A DNA stretch of 61,332 nucleotides from a virus. Taxonomy: Duplodnaviria; Caudoviricetes. A program made the translations under genes and the position numbers. Location of the stretch: positions 1 through 61,332 of the IMG/VR virus record IMGVR_UViG_3300020417_001896; one strand, 5' to 3'. This document shows positions 1 through 12,600 of the stretch, in pieces. Positions within the stretch are counted from its first letter, which is position 1. Every line of letters starts with the position of its first letter. The notes under the pieces are model-generated. The model did no database searches. It was not told the origin of the DNA and saw nothing but the letters and a program-made list of their open reading frames with translations.

Positions 1-271
1 CGAAAGGGTACAAGAGACTCCCTAAAGCTTCTTGTAGCTCTTCATGTTTTGAAATAGAAGAGTCGCCATCTACACTCTGAGTTACCACATAATGATCTCC
101 ATCTATACTGAAGGTCGAGTTATTTCCTTCAATATCGGTGAGCGTTATGAAGTACGGGGCAGTGCAAACCTTGAGCTTCAGGCTTGTCTCTAAACCTCCT
201 CTCGGAAAGCACCCTAGAGGTGCTGTGTATAGAGACTTGAGAATTGCAGTAACTTCAGGGATTGTTTTCAT
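1..271 (-). CDS. hypothetical protein, runs off the window start
   Basis: Not in the ORF track. ATG at 271 overlaps the end of the 68-aa ORF; the frame reads MKTIPEVTAILKSLY...EALGSLLYPF with no stop to position 1. Confidence 0.6.
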   Translation of the reverse strand, partial: MKTIPEVTAILKSLYTAPLGCFPRGGLETSLKLKVCTAPYFITLTDIEGNNSTFSIDGDHYVVTQSVDGDSSISKHEELQEALGSLLYPF

Positions 272-461
272 TTCTTTTCTTTCTTTCAAAGTAGCCTATG
301 CTCTTTCGGACTTTATATAGGCATTTAGCACAAACACCTGTCTTTTCATCCCAAGCCAAACCCCAACCCAATTTTGAGTCTTGAGGTAAAGGACAGCCAC
401 CAATAGTACATCTGAAAGGTGGTCTAGCTCTGTTACTCCCTCTCTTTTGTTTGGTCTTCAT
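255..461 (-). CDS. small basic Cys-containing protein (possible zinc binder)
   Basis: 68 aa with CTIGGC and CAKC; co-oriented and tightly packed after the 1809-aa gene. Confidence 0.55.
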   Translation of the reverse strand: MKTKQKRGSNRARPPFRCTIGGCPLPQDSKLGWGLAWDEKTGVCAKCLYKVRKSIGYFERKKRNENNP

Positions 462-475
462 TTATCGGAAATAAA

Positions 476-3400
476 CTATTGATTCTTATTGAATGAAGCA
501 GGGTTAACATCTTCTACGTCAGGGCTATTTCCTCTCATCAAGGGAAGACCCTTAATACGATAACGATCTGCTGAAGCAAAACCCTCACCAAACCCACTAG
601 GAGAAATAGAACCACCCAAAGAAAGAGGTAAGTTCTCTGTGTAGGTGTTACTTCCTCTAAAGACAGCATTCGTAACAATTAAGAGTTGTATCTCATCACC
701 GAATGACCTGACCGACAGGTTTTGGGTGTCGAACGCACTCTCTTTGAAGTTCCTCACAAGCATGGCTCTACAAGCTAATGCAGAGCCTTTAAGTACAGGG
801 TTTAGCTCACTAGAAATAGAGTCATTTAAGAAAGAAAGTGGACCTCCCTTCACTTCGCCTGAAGCTCCGAAAACAGAACCTCCACCACGATACACTCTAT
901 AAGACTTTGTACCTCCGTTTAACGGAAATGCTCCGTATACAAGAGGCGCACCATCACCCATCTGTAAAAGCTCACCTGCCCCACCTACAATCTTAGAGTA
1001 AGGGTTGCCGTTTTCATCGACCCCTGCCTCTGATGGTGTAGAGGTCAACTTACTCCCTAATGTTTGGAGACGAGTAGACTCATTTCTCAGAATGTCTTCA
1101 CAGAGGAAGTCGTGGTCGTTCACTAGAATTCCAAGAGGAAGTCTTGAGGTGAGTCCTACTAGCGAGACATCTATTTGAGAGTCCTTCCCACTGTACGCAT
1201 TGACAGGTACTTCAGTCCCGCCCTTTAGATAGACCTTTGTCTTAGAATAGCCAAGGTACTTAGGGAGTAAAGCATTCTCACCACCTACAAGACCTACCAA
1301 GTGTCCTGTGTTGGGGCTGTTATTTGTAAAGAGGCTTGTAGACTTAGGAACAAGGCTAACCTCAAGTTGGGTCTGATTTCCTGCTAAGCCTCTTTCCCTA
1401 GCATAGAATGTTATTCCGTAATCATTGTTTCCTGTCAGACTTGAAGACCTGAAAGGAATTCCATTAGCAGTACAGAAGTCTTCTATTTCTGTCAGGAGGG
1501 CTTCTATATCACTAGGAACACTTGTGTCATCTAGCAAGTAAGAAAGAACTGTCCCACTTGCTAATATGTAATTGATTTTTAAGCGGTGTTCACCCACAGC
1601 CCCTGTGTAGTAGGTGAACTTACCACCCAACAACCCGATAGTAGCTGAGGCAAGCTCAGACTTTTCATTTAGCCCCTCGGTGAACAAGCCTACTTTAGTT
1701 TGTGGGAGAGCCTCAGATGAGGTTAAGGAAATACGATCATTCTGAGCATTCATAGAGCTTGCCCTAGAGTAATCAATGTACCCAACATCACTAAAGTTAG
1801 AACGGCTTACAAAACCACCAACAGCACCTGTACCCATCGTAGTGTAGAAGTCCATAGAAGCTAAGACTTGTAGCGATCTCCTGTTCCTAACTTCAATAGC
1901 ACTAGTACCGTCAGTCTCAAATTGACCTCTGTCATTTCTAAGTAGATAACTGTTCTGCCAAGACTTACTTCCATATCTGTAAGGGTAGTCTGTATAGCTA
2001 GGCGAAGACCCTCCTATTGTATAGAAAGGGTCGCCTTGGTAAACAGTCCTTGACCCTGCAATGTAAACCTCATCTGTTTGAGGTATCGCAGAGGGTATAC
2101 ACATACGCAAGTTTTCGATCTCAGAGTCAGTGGCATTACCGTTTGGCTTAGTCGCTCTAGGTAAGATAAAGTTGTTCTGATTAATGAACCCTAAACCAAA
2201 GCCGAACACAGTGCATTCTACGACCCAATCGTAATCCTCAAATGATGTGAAGTTTGGAATCTTAGAAGTGTCGATAGCGTGTTCTGTGATTACATAAGTG
2301 TGCGCTTCAGTCTCATCGCTTCTTGTAATCTCAGCTCCACCCCCCTGCAAGATATACAAAGGAAATGTGTCGCTGTCTTCTCTTAAAAGATTAAGTGCGC
2401 CATTCGTCAAGTTATCTTCTCGGTTTGACTCGTGAGTGCCGACAGCATTATCAGGAGCGTTGCTTGCGAAGTCGATAGTAGCAGAACCACTCTTGACATA
2501 AATACCAAACAAGCGAGCGACCCCAAAAAATGGAGGAAGCTTAATGCCTTTAATCGTGTCCCCAAACTCTGAGGGCTTATCCGTGATCGTAACTTTCTTT
2601 GCTGTGAAATAGCTTTGGTTTTTCAAACTTGCGTCATCGGTTACATAGTGTCCGTAATCACCACCTGTTGCGAAAATCAAAGGCACGATAGAAGTGCCGT
2701 TAGAGTCTCCACCTATGATGTTAAACGCACCGCTTGTAGAGTCTCTTTGATCAAGAATAAGGTGGTTAATCCCTTTCATATAAGGGTCGGTAGGTGAGGT
2801 TTTTCTGTGGTAAGGAATATCTTGACGACCAAACTGAGGCATAGCTTGGGTTGGGATAAGGTAGGCTTCACTACCATTCCCAAACAAATTCTGATCTCCG
2901 AATTTCGGAGTACCATCATCGTAGTTTATATTTCCAAAGACACCACCAAGACTGCCCGAAATGTTTGTATGTTTGACAGTCTTCATTCCTTGATCTCTGT
3001 AAGGTCTGAGAATAACTGTCTTTGAGCCTACATCTATAAAGCTCTCGGCCTCTTTTGTAAGTAGTCCGTTAACCGTAGACTCACCAACCCAAGCACCCTC
3101 ACCCGAAACTCTATTTCCGTTCAGAGCTTTAGAGAATTGAGATGTATGATTTCCTGTAGGTAAGTAAACTTCACCGTTAGCTAATGGTATCTCAGAAACC
3201 CCTGCCGTATCTAACTGACTATTGTCATTTCTTAGATAAGGGCTCGTGTAGCTCCGAATACCAATAGTGTGTACGTCATCAAGAACTCTAGCCATCGCCC
3301 CGTGTGCAGGAGGGTACAAGACAGTTGTGGAAATAGAAATGTTTCCTTGGCGAACTGTACTTAATGGAGGAATGTAAGAATGATCCCCTGAAACGTCCCC

Positions 3401-5905
3401 TGCTTCCACTGCTGTGAACGCTATCATCGTGTCAGAGTCTCGTGAGTCGAGATACTGAGTTCTGATCTCAAAAGATAGGTTTAGGTTATTAACGTCTGTC
3501 GCAAAGTCTGTACTCTCATTGGAGTCTACTCTTACGAGATAGACCCAATTATCAAGAGACGCTTCATCTGTATTCGGACTGACTGTACCATCAAACCAAT
3601 CATTACCTCCGTCTCCAAAGCCATACTTTAGAGAAGAAAGGAAAGGAGCATTAGCACCTGCTCCGATCACTCTGAATACACCATTGTTTGTTATGGGCGC
3701 AGAGTTATCAGGATTACCATAGAGTACGAGATATGCTTTGGAAGAGTTGCCACTGAAGTCCGTTTGATTGTCAGTGATGAGATCACTCAGAGTAGTTGTC
3801 CCATGCAATGTGGATTGATTCAAAGCCACTGTCATATCTGTAGTCGTCTTGATTGCCCACACTTTCTTGTAAAGAAGAGCATTAGTTGAAGTATCTGTAT
3901 ACCCTAAGAAATAAGATAAGTTCCTCAAGCTCCCTGTGCCGTTAGCGGTGATGTCAGGCACGACATTGCTAGAGGAGATCATAATAGATTGACCTAAAAC
4001 AATAAACGGCCTCTCAAAGTTAGAGACTTCTGTGGGGCTTGCATATAGCCCTTGATTGCCTGTCTCTCCTGCTATGTTTGGTCGATTGTGAGCTAGGAAA
4101 TTAAGTTTAATCGGGTTAGTCGATCTTCCTTTCATTTCCCTTGGAGCTACGAAACGAACTACATTTCTAGCAAGGTCTTCTTTGAGTCCTGCTCTTGCGC
4201 CCGATACACCATCAGCTCCGCCAATCGAAAACTTAACCCAACTCCCATTTCGGATAGAGAAAGTAGTTGACCCGTTGTTTTGGAAGAAGAAACCTGTGGG
4301 GTTAAACTTAGCACCTATTGTCCAAGAGTCCGTTGTCCCTGCATCAAGGCTTGCGTTAGAAATGCCTTTGTTATTGATAGAGACAGAGGGGTCGATTAAG
4401 AAAGACACATCAGTCTGCATAGTTGCAGAATCAGACCAAGTGGTACGAATACCATTAGGTGCGTCTACGATGTTTACATAGTTGTTTTGTTCTCCAACTC
4501 CCCCCGTCATAATGGAGACTTCTTCTACTTTCAATCCAACACTATTACTACCTGTCCCTGCTTGCTTGTGGGTAGTCTTCAGATTGTTGGTGAGTAAGTC
4601 TCTTACAGCGTTGTCTAAAAGACGGTTGTAATCCCACTCTCCTAGAGTAACTGCATGGCGCATATCAAGTACGTCATCTTTAGTGATCTGATCGGCATAT
4701 TTCCCATCAGGTCGAGAAATATAAACTTCAATCTTAGTACCTGCAGCATGGGTCTTAGCTGTAGTCCCTGCTCTCGCCCTACTTGCCACGACTATTTCTT
4801 TCGGGTTTGTAGTTACGTCAATACTACTAATAGAAATGACTTCTCGATTAGCCCCCTCACCTAAAACTAAGAATCGGTTTGCACCACTGACAAAACCTGT
4901 GTCCTCTAAAGGAGTTGAAAAAGACAGGTTAGAGTCTAGTGGGTTAAAAGTCAGAGTTTGAGGGGTTGCCGTGTTGTATGCAAATTCTTCAGCGAGGATC
5001 GCCTGTTGTAGCCGACCTGCACTTGCTGTGGGTCTGCGAGAAATTGACCCGTGATGATTAGGAGCACCTGTACTGACAGCTTGATAGCGACTAGAATTGC
5101 GCCTAAAGACTGCGCATAAGGGAACTGCGTAAACGTAGCCATCTACAGTTCCAAGGTCATTCTGAGAATTTGTGTCTCCATTTCCTGCTCTCCATAATCC
5201 GACATCTCCGTTGTCAGATTGGTTCATAAAAGGATAACCGAGAACAGGGCTGTTTTGAGCACCTTGGGCTACAATATCCCCATCACTCAGAGCTTCTATT
5301 TCATGGATTAGATCGACACCTGCATTTTGAACTCTAAGTCTATATTGGACTTGAACTCGCTTGGTTGTCTCAAACCCAAGCGTTGGGTCTTTCAACTCAT
5401 CGTCTAAGTCTAAAGTGGTCGCAGTAAAGTCTACATTTCCGTAAGGGAATACTTTGTTAGCAGAGGGCTTATTGGTAGTGTCGTCAGCGTCAATAACTGA
5501 CCTCCAAACCTCAAGAAACACAATGTTTGTCTGTGAGTCTGAAGTAGGAGGTTCAGGTAGACTGATAGCATTGGAAACACCATCTTCTGTCTTAGTGCCG
5601 AGAACAGGGATAACCCACCCATTAACTAAAGCGATCAGAGGATTGTCTGCGCTCCTATTGATCTCGAAATAGTTGGTAGATTGATCGTAAAAAACGAAGT
5701 CCTCATCTGCTCTTGTAGGGTCGAGTAAGAAGCCACTGTGTGTTTGACTTCTTATCATTTCTGAAAGAGCCTCCCAACTGATCTGACCCATGAAGTTAAG
5801 CTCACTATCTAAAGGTGGCTTACCTTCTTGCCAAATCAAGTTGGAATAATTTCGGTTCGCTATTTCTAAAACTCGGCTCACACCGTCTTTAAAGTTCTCA
5901 GCCAT
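476..5905 (-). CDS. large baseplate wedge / tail-fibre-attachment type virion protein (paralog of 23576-26815)
   Basis: 1809 aa with an AAGGAG SD. The N-terminal NYSNLIWQEGKPPLDSELN resembles the DUF4815/DUF6519-type start of contractile-tail baseplate proteins. Shares FLEVW, ETTKRVQVQYR, TVDGYVYAVP..VFRRN and RPDG blocks with the 1079-aa ORF. Confidence 0.7.
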   Translation of the reverse strand: MAENFKDGVSRVLEIANRNYSNLIWQEGKPPLDSELNFMGQISWEALSEMIRSQTHSGFLLDPTRADEDFVFYDQSTNYFEINRSADNPLIALVNGWVIPVLGTKTEDGVSNAISLPEPPTSDSQTNIVFLEVWRSVIDADDTTNKPSANKVFPYGNVDFTATTLDLDDELKDPTLGFETTKRVQVQYRLRVQNAGVDLIHEIEALSDGDIVAQGAQNSPVLGYPFMNQSDNGDVGLWRAGNGDTNSQNDLGTVDGYVYAVPLCAVFRRNSSRYQAVSTGAPNHHGSISRRPTASAGRLQQAILAEEFAYNTATPQTLTFNPLDSNLSFSTPLEDTGFVSGANRFLVLGEGANREVISISSIDVTTNPKEIVVASRARAGTTAKTHAAGTKIEVYISRPDGKYADQITKDDVLDMRHAVTLGEWDYNRLLDNAVRDLLTNNLKTTHKQAGTGSNSVGLKVEEVSIMTGGVGEQNNYVNIVDAPNGIRTTWSDSATMQTDVSFLIDPSVSINNKGISNASLDAGTTDSWTIGAKFNPTGFFFQNNGSTTFSIRNGSWVKFSIGGADGVSGARAGLKEDLARNVVRFVAPREMKGRSTNPIKLNFLAHNRPNIAGETGNQGLYASPTEVSNFERPFIVLGQSIMISSSNVVPDITANGTGSLRNLSYFLGYTDTSTNALLYKKVWAIKTTTDMTVALNQSTLHGTTTLSDLITDNQTDFSGNSSKAYLVLYGNPDNSAPITNNGVFRVIGAGANAPFLSSLKYGFGDGGNDWFDGTVSPNTDEASLDNWVYLVRVDSNESTDFATDVNNLNLSFEIRTQYLDSRDSDTMIAFTAVEAGDVSGDHSYIPPLSTVRQGNISISTTVLYPPAHGAMARVLDDVHTIGIRSYTSPYLRNDNSQLDTAGVSEIPLANGEVYLPTGNHTSQFSKALNGNRVSGEGAWVGESTVNGLLTKEAESFIDVGSKTVILRPYRDQGMKTVKHTNISGSLGGVFGNINYDDGTPKFGDQNLFGNGSEAYLIPTQAMPQFGRQDIPYHRKTSPTDPYMKGINHLILDQRDSTSGAFNIIGGDSNGTSIVPLIFATGGDYGHYVTDDASLKNQSYFTAKKVTITDKPSEFGDTIKGIKLPPFFGVARLFGIYVKSGSATIDFASNAPDNAVGTHESNREDNLTNGALNLLREDSDTFPLYILQGGGAEITRSDETEAHTYVITEHAIDTSKIPNFTSFEDYDWVVECTVFGFGLGFINQNNFILPRATKPNGNATDSEIENLRMCIPSAIPQTDEVYIAGSRTVYQGDPFYTIGGSSPSYTDYPYRYGSKSWQNSYLLRNDRGQFETDGTSAIEVRNRRSLQVLASMDFYTTMGTGAVGGFVSRSNFSDVGYIDYSRASSMNAQNDRISLTSSEALPQTKVGLFTEGLNEKSELASATIGLLGGKFTYYTGAVGEHRLKINYILASGTVLSYLLDDTSVPSDIEALLTEIEDFCTANGIPFRSSSLTGNNDYGITFYARERGLAGNQTQLEVSLVPKSTSLFTNNSPNTGHLVGLVGGENALLPKYLGYSKTKVYLKGGTEVPVNAYSGKDSQIDVSLVGLTSRLPLGILVNDHDFLCEDILRNESTRLQTLGSKLTSTPSEAGVDENGNPYSKIVGGAGELLQMGDGAPLVYGAFPLNGGTKSYRVYRGGGSVFGASGEVKGGPLSFLNDSISSELNPVLKGSALACRAMLVRNFKESAFDTQNLSVRSFGDEIQLLIVTNAVFRGSNTYTENLPLSLGGSISPSGFGEGFASADRYRIKGLPLMRGNSPDVEDVNPASFNKNQ

Positions 5906-5919
5906 TTTAAATATTCTCC

Positions 5920-6630
5920 TTAAAACATAAGGGCATACGAGAGTATGTAAAGATCATCATTACTATCGTTCACAAAAGCTAATCTGATCGAGTCAGTCCT
6001 TTGGTTGAAAGAGAAAGGTGTTAACCTAGTCATCTTCTCGTAAGTGTTTCCATTGTTCTCAGAGATATAAACAGAATAGTACAAATCATTTACTTCTTGA
6101 TATGTGATAGACGGAGCTTGGTTGTTGCTTGTATATCCCGAAAGATCGACAGGAGTTTCATCATGCGTTACGACTTTTTTGACGACTCTGAAGTAGGGGA
6201 AAAACGTCTCTCTACCTAAACTATCATCTGTCAGTGCTGTGATGTCTATTTCTGAGGTTATCGCAATACCTGCCCTAGAACCACTATTTGGCTTCGGTAT
6301 CATAGCCACATTAGGTACTGCACCCACTTGAAATCTTGAATATTTCTGACCTGTGCTTGTAGGAAACATTTCTGTCTTTACAAAAGAAGAAGATGAGTCC
6401 AATAAAGGCTCGTAAATTAAGAAGTCGTAAGTAGGGTATGCTTCAAAGAACTTAGCTTTAATGTCATTTATTAAAAAAGTAAGATTGAAATTGACATACT
6501 TGCCGAGTTCAGCCCCTATTTCTATGCAATCAGGGAAGTCGAGAACATACTTACCATTCATGTGCATTTCGGGGTCGAGCTTTTGACTCGTTTGTATGGG
6601 TTTATTGTCTTTTCTCGACATAATAATCAT
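5920..6630 (-). CDS. putative virion structural protein
   Basis: 236 aa inside the structural operon; C-terminal YISENNGNTYE is Asp-box-like. Confidence 0.55.
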   Translation of the reverse strand: MIIMSRKDNKPIQTSQKLDPEMHMNGKYVLDFPDCIEIGAELGKYVNFNLTFLINDIKAKFFEAYPTYDFLIYEPLLDSSSSFVKTEMFPTSTGQKYSRFQVGAVPNVAMIPKPNSGSRAGIAITSEIDITALTDDSLGRETFFPYFRVVKKVVTHDETPVDLSGYTSNNQAPSITYQEVNDLYYSVYISENNGNTYEKMTRLTPFSFNQRTDSIRLAFVNDSNDDLYILSYALMF

Positions 6631-6631
6631 C

Positions 6632-9600
6632 TTAGTCTTCTCCCATTGTGTTCACATCTTGTGTCCATGCTGTACCGTCAGCAGTCTCAACTTCAAACGC
6701 ACATTTCACAGAGGAAACCCAAGCACCGTTATTAGAAAAATTGTAATGGGGCAGTAATTCACCACCCACAAGGAATGGTCTTCTCCCCCAAGGTACAGTG
6801 ACTTCTAAGAATACTCTAGCACCTGGCGGCAACATCGACCCACTCTGTGCAGGAATACCGTAGTATTCTAAGATGTGGTCGAGCCAATTTCCGACTTTAA
6901 AACGTCTATCTTTCGGCTCTGTACCCGTACTTACATTTAATGATCTTCCGTATCTACCTAGAGAAGCGAAGTTTCTATGACCATCAGAATAAATATCATT
7001 TGCACCTGTTGCGTCTTTTGGTGCGAGAGCATTTAAACCTGCGACTTTCGGCATATTTATAGCCCCTGACGGAGCTTCAAAAAAGTCTCCGACAGGTGTT
7101 AAAGCCATAGTGAATGAGTGGTGAGAGCTTTTCGCTTGACCTAAAATCTTAATAAAATTTTCTTGAGATGTGATTCCCGTTGCAGGGAAACCAAAGGATC
7201 CTGAACTTGCTACAGCAGCCTTCCCCTCAACCATCTCATTGGTTGAGGAGTGAGCTATTGTAATCCCTGTAGTAGCAGGAGCATGGACTGCCATTTCAAA
7301 ATTAGTATAAACAGGGTCAAATATGCTCGTATCAGAATAAATGCCCGAAGAAAAAGAAGAAAGAACCCCACCACTAACACGAGAGCTTCTTGGTAAAGGT
7401 GTCCCTAATACTGAAGCACTTCTTACGTCTTTAAACGTGGCTAAAGAAGCATTTTTCTGAGAGTTGCCAACTGTTATAAAGTTGTCTATTTCATTGTCAG
7501 AAGAATAGAAGTTTTGACCCCCCCATAACATAGGCGTGAAAGAGTTTATGTCTAAGTCAGGGTAGGTGAGTTCTTTGTAATCAAATGTATCATCACCTTC
7601 TACATCAACACTAGAAATGAATGAGGTGTGGAAATTACCTTTCGCTCCAAAGCCATACTTTGAATCCCCCACACTCCAATCTTTAGTCTTAGCTAGTTCT
7701 TGATATTTAAATCGGGTAGGTCCGACAGTGACAAACCTTTCCATAACATTAGGCATTAAGTCTCCTGCTTCTCGATTAACATAAAGAGGAACTACTACTG
7801 TCCCACCCTTAAATCTCGGTTTACCTTTTAAGACTCCATCTGCAATCCTTGTAGAATTACTAGAGTGGTTATAAGAAGCAGTAGGTGATCTACCTCCGAA
7901 CGCAGTTCCGTTTGAACCTCCAAGCGGAGAAAAGCTGTATTCCTCAACACTAATTTCAGACCATGAAGACCCCTCTTCGTCCATGTAAAAGTTGTCCTCA
8001 GAGTTTGCAATAGACCCTGGCAACTCTACAACTAAGTTGAAAGTCATAGAGCTGTTTCTCTTTCTCCAACTCCAATACTCGTAATCTGTAGATGTCTCAG
8101 TTTTGTTTATTCTCTTTGTTCTGAGTGTGGTATTGTCAAGGTCGTTATATCTTGTACCATTCACAGAGTTATAAAACTCTCTTGAATTTTCAGAGAATAA
8201 AGACCCAGGCATTTCTGAGTCGTCTCCATCAACTCCGAAGTTCACCCAAATTCTGTTTAATCTCGCTCCTTTAGGAGTTCTCCCAATATAAGGGCTGTTA
8301 AGCCCTGAACCTGAAGCACTTGCTTGGGTGAAAGACTCAGTTAAATCTATTCTTAGAGTTGGGTGCTGAGTGCTTTCATTTAGAAAAGCACCCTTAAATC
8401 CGAAATAGAGAGGTGATTGTAGTTGCCACCACTCACCAGAAGGTGTCCAAGTGTATATAGCTGATAAATAATCAGTTAACCCTGCTAGATTTTTTTCATA
8501 AGTGCTATACGAAAGGAAAGAATCAGAGTTACCACTCTCAATGGCATTGCCTTGTATGACAGAATGAGGAGATCCTGGGGTGTTAGAGGGGTAGGCAACG
8601 CTAGGGAATGTTATTTCCGACTCTAAGTCAGTTATAGAAGTAACGGCAAGATTTTTGAATCTGTGTGTTTGGGAAGCATTATCTCGACCCATTAACAACC
8701 AAGGTCTTGACACGTCCATCATCAGTCTTTCCCCAAAGACAAAATCCTCCCCATAATCGGCTGTATTAAGTGTTGCGGTACTTCCTGATACATTGATAGC
8801 GTTTACTGTGTCTAAAGCTAATGGAGAAGCAGGAACTACCATAGGTGCTTGACCATACTGACCATGAGCCATCACAACGGAGCTTGAAGCTGAAGTAGGA
8901 CTGATTGAGACGATCTTCTCTCTTGCTATCGGTTGGAGAGCATACATAATTGGGTAGTTTAAAGCTCCCGTATTAGGCAAACCATTAGTGTAAGAGTCAG
9001 GCCAATTTCCCATTACCGAAAGAGGTGAATAGGAAATCTCAATACCTTTTTGAGTAAACCCTCCTCTTGTCCTACAAATTATATCCTCTACAGAATAAGA
9101 CTCACAGTCTCCCCCTAAAAGAATATCTCCCGTAGAAGGGCAACGATTCACTCGGAATATATCAGTACCTAAGTCAAAAGGCTCATTTCCTTGCGCTGAA
9201 TCTAAGTCTTTAATTCTTTGCCAACCTGAAAGCCATGAATGTGGATTAGCTAAGTGGTTCACAGAGTATCTCGAAGTGAGAGAGTTAAGTCTTAGTTGCT
9301 GTGTGTGTGTGGGCTGACCGAAACGATAAGGTCTAGGCTTAGTTAAATGAACGTAAGACCCCACATTTTCTTCTAAAAGAGGAGCTGAGAACACCCACCT
9401 AATACCACCTGTAGTGGATTGAGAAGTAGGTAAAGAAGACAAAGAAATACCTTGTGTAGACCACTGCTTTAAAGAAATATTATAGTCTGTTGCGCTTTGG
9501 TCAGATTGGTATACGGAATAACTGTATTCTGTAGTAGAAGCATTTGTGTGGTAGCCTACAAATTGGTTAGGTAGGTAACTATTCTTATCTGCCCACGATA

Positions 9601-12600
9601 CGCAAACATTAGTGTTCACTCCTATTTCGGAAAAGAACCCTCTTGAGGAAAAGTCTTCTCTTAGCAGGGTCTTGTTATCGTTTACATGGTTTAAAGTGTC
9701 TTCCACATGAGGATTAAATTGGAAGCTGACCTCTAAAGAAGTACCACGACCTAAAAATGCCTTTCTCTGATTATATGAGAGAACTGAAGTATCTATTTCG
9801 CAAGTGATACCACAAATTAAAGGTTGGTTAATTGTAGTGGAGACAGGGAACTTAGTGTATTGATCTTCAAGTGCATACTTAACTGACCATTTAATAAACT
9901 TTTCGTCGCTGTAAGACCCCCAAGCTGAGAAGCCCACTAGCGTAGATTGCGCTAATAGTGATCTACCAATTCTTATTCCGTTTGTGTTTGAGTCTGCGTT
10001 AAGTTGCTTGACAAGATTAACAGTTCCTTGGCTAGTCCAACTAGACAATACGGATTGTGGTACGACTACACCAATCTGATAATTTAAATTGAGTGCAGTT
10101 TCATCTTTAACTTCTAAACTTAACCACAAAGGAGAGGTTGGTTGATACCCTGTCATGTCAGTAACATCTGTCGTATAACTTAACCCTGCATAGTGGTTCG
10201 CCATTTCTGTTGTTAAGTTTTGTGGTAGAAATGGGTCAGGTAAGTGAATGTCGAAGTCTTCTTCAAGATCATCAAAGATCATTCTCTTACCATTAGAGTT
10301 AGCGTCCATACAGGCTTCTAGCACAGGAGCTTTTTCTCTCATAGGTAGAGGCAAGTTGTTTTCTCTATCCCATGTTCTTATATATTCTCCACTACGTTTG
10401 ATCTTCCTCACAACAGCGACATCAAATAGCTCAGTTAATGCTTCTACTTGAGCGTTTTCTTGTTTGAAGTTTACTTCGTAATCTTTTTGTATGCCAATAA
10501 TCACATACCAACCCACATACGCATATTCGTAAGTACCACAAATATAAATCTTACGCCCTACATCGCTATCTAAGAAATGATAGTTAGCGTCATATAAAAT
10601 AGCGTCAGCTTCCTTGATATATGTACTGTAAGGGGTTGTTGCGTTTTTATCATAAGGAACTGCCAACCCACCCTTAACAGATCGGTGTCCGAGTACAGGC
10701 ACGAACTCCACATTAGGAACAACTCTAAATTTATGTCCTAATAGGGGTCTGCGAACATATCCATTATGGGAAATGTCTCCAAACCCATTCTTTTGACTTG
10801 CGGCAGTCGCTCTGTCTAAACAGGTCTGCTCATAGTTGAAATGCTGAGATAAGTCATAAAGTAACTCAGGGCTTGTATTTCCATTATTTCCAATAACACT
10901 CCCTAAATTCATAGGTCTTATTGGAGGTACTTGGTAAAGATCAAGCGAGTTCGTAGTAAGATCACTTATAGAATCATACTCGTTAAACTTATGGTTATAA
11001 GAAACGAAGTCTCCTGGGGCCGATAGAGGCTTCAAGTGTGAGTGCCACCCTCTATATCTACCTACTTCACCAATAGTATAGAAAGCACCCGAAGAAACGT
11101 CTTCTAAGACCATTCCGTCCATAACTCTAAATTGAAATTCACTTGTTAAGTTAATGTCGGAGTTAGCTGTGAAGATATTATCAATTTGAGACTGTGTAAA
11201 ACCATCTGCAAGCAAGTCTGCGTCACTTAGATTAAACTCATAATCGTAGTTAGCAACACCACCAAACCCCCACTCTGGATGGACGTTTATATTGTTGTTA
11301 GAGCGTGGGTAAACAATCTTATGAATTCTTTGATTGCTTCCTGCACCTGTAATGTTTGTTGTCGAAGTAGATGGATATAAGTCTAAATAAGGCTCAGAAA
11401 GTGAGTAAGAAGCAATCCCATCTGCGAGCGAATGACCGATTAAAGTGGGGTCGAAAGTAGCTACATTAAAGAATAAGACTGATAAATCGGGTAGTCCTCC
11501 CGTTGAACCATTCGCAGTGCTCTCAACATAGAAATGATATATATTCTCAGGGAGAAGAAAATGACCTCCCGTGTTCCAAGTTGAAGTATTATTGGCAGGT
11601 AGATTTTGCTCTGTCTTTGCTTTTACAAAAGGTCTTCCATTTCCTGCGGGGTCAGTTTTCTGTTCTAAAGGTGCCGTGGCATTCGTATAGTTTACATTAA
11701 TATTAACGTATTGCTTACGACCATTCTTAGTTAAGTAAAAGACAGCGAATCCCTCAGTTGAGTCTGATCTAGCTGAGTAGTTATTGTAGTAAGCGTAAAC
11801 ATAAACAGTTTTAGTGGAAGTGTTGAACAAACCTAATTTCCCACCCCAATTGGGGTCAGAATTTGATCTTGAATGATGGTACGCTTGAGACAGAACCCCT
11901 GCGTCATACTCCCTATGTCTTTCAGTAGACCCCACTGAGTTAGTCTTTGGTGTGAGATTCCTAAGAAGTTGACCTGTCCCTCCTGCTTCTCGTTCAAAAA
12001 CTCCATGCTCTTGTAGTACATTACCTATAGTAATCGCAAAGTTGCCTCCATAAGCAAACTTAGAAGGACCGTTGTAGAACTCGTACAAAGGTAAGTCTGT
12101 GGGTGTCATTCCTGTTCTAATCTTAGACTTACTGCCGTAGGCAACGGAATCTGTATCTCCTGTGAACGAGTGGTCTTTTTCATACACTCGACCCCCCAAA
12201 GTTGATGGACCTTTGGGTAAGAGCAAACACTCTCCGTAAGCAGGTATTTCTAGCCCTCTCAAACCACGATCAGACTTAGCTCCCTTAGCCGTCGAAGCAA
12301 CGATGTCAGCCCCTGTAGCGTCTTGAGGTCTGAAAGCTCTTTCGTAGATTAAACCACCACCTGTTTTCACTCTTATCCCTGCGTTTACCCAAGGTAATAC
12401 CGTGTCGTTAGGGAGTGGTGGAGGTGGTGCATAAAGATAACTCTTTGGGAGTCTCATTTTAAAGCCATTACCATCATCTCTAGGGATAAGGTTTGGCAGT
12501 CCTGCTACACCTAAGAAATAAGTTAAATCCTGAGAGCTTCCTGTAGCACCAACACCCCATTCTCCAAACATACTCCATTTCTCACCGAATCGAAGTAGCC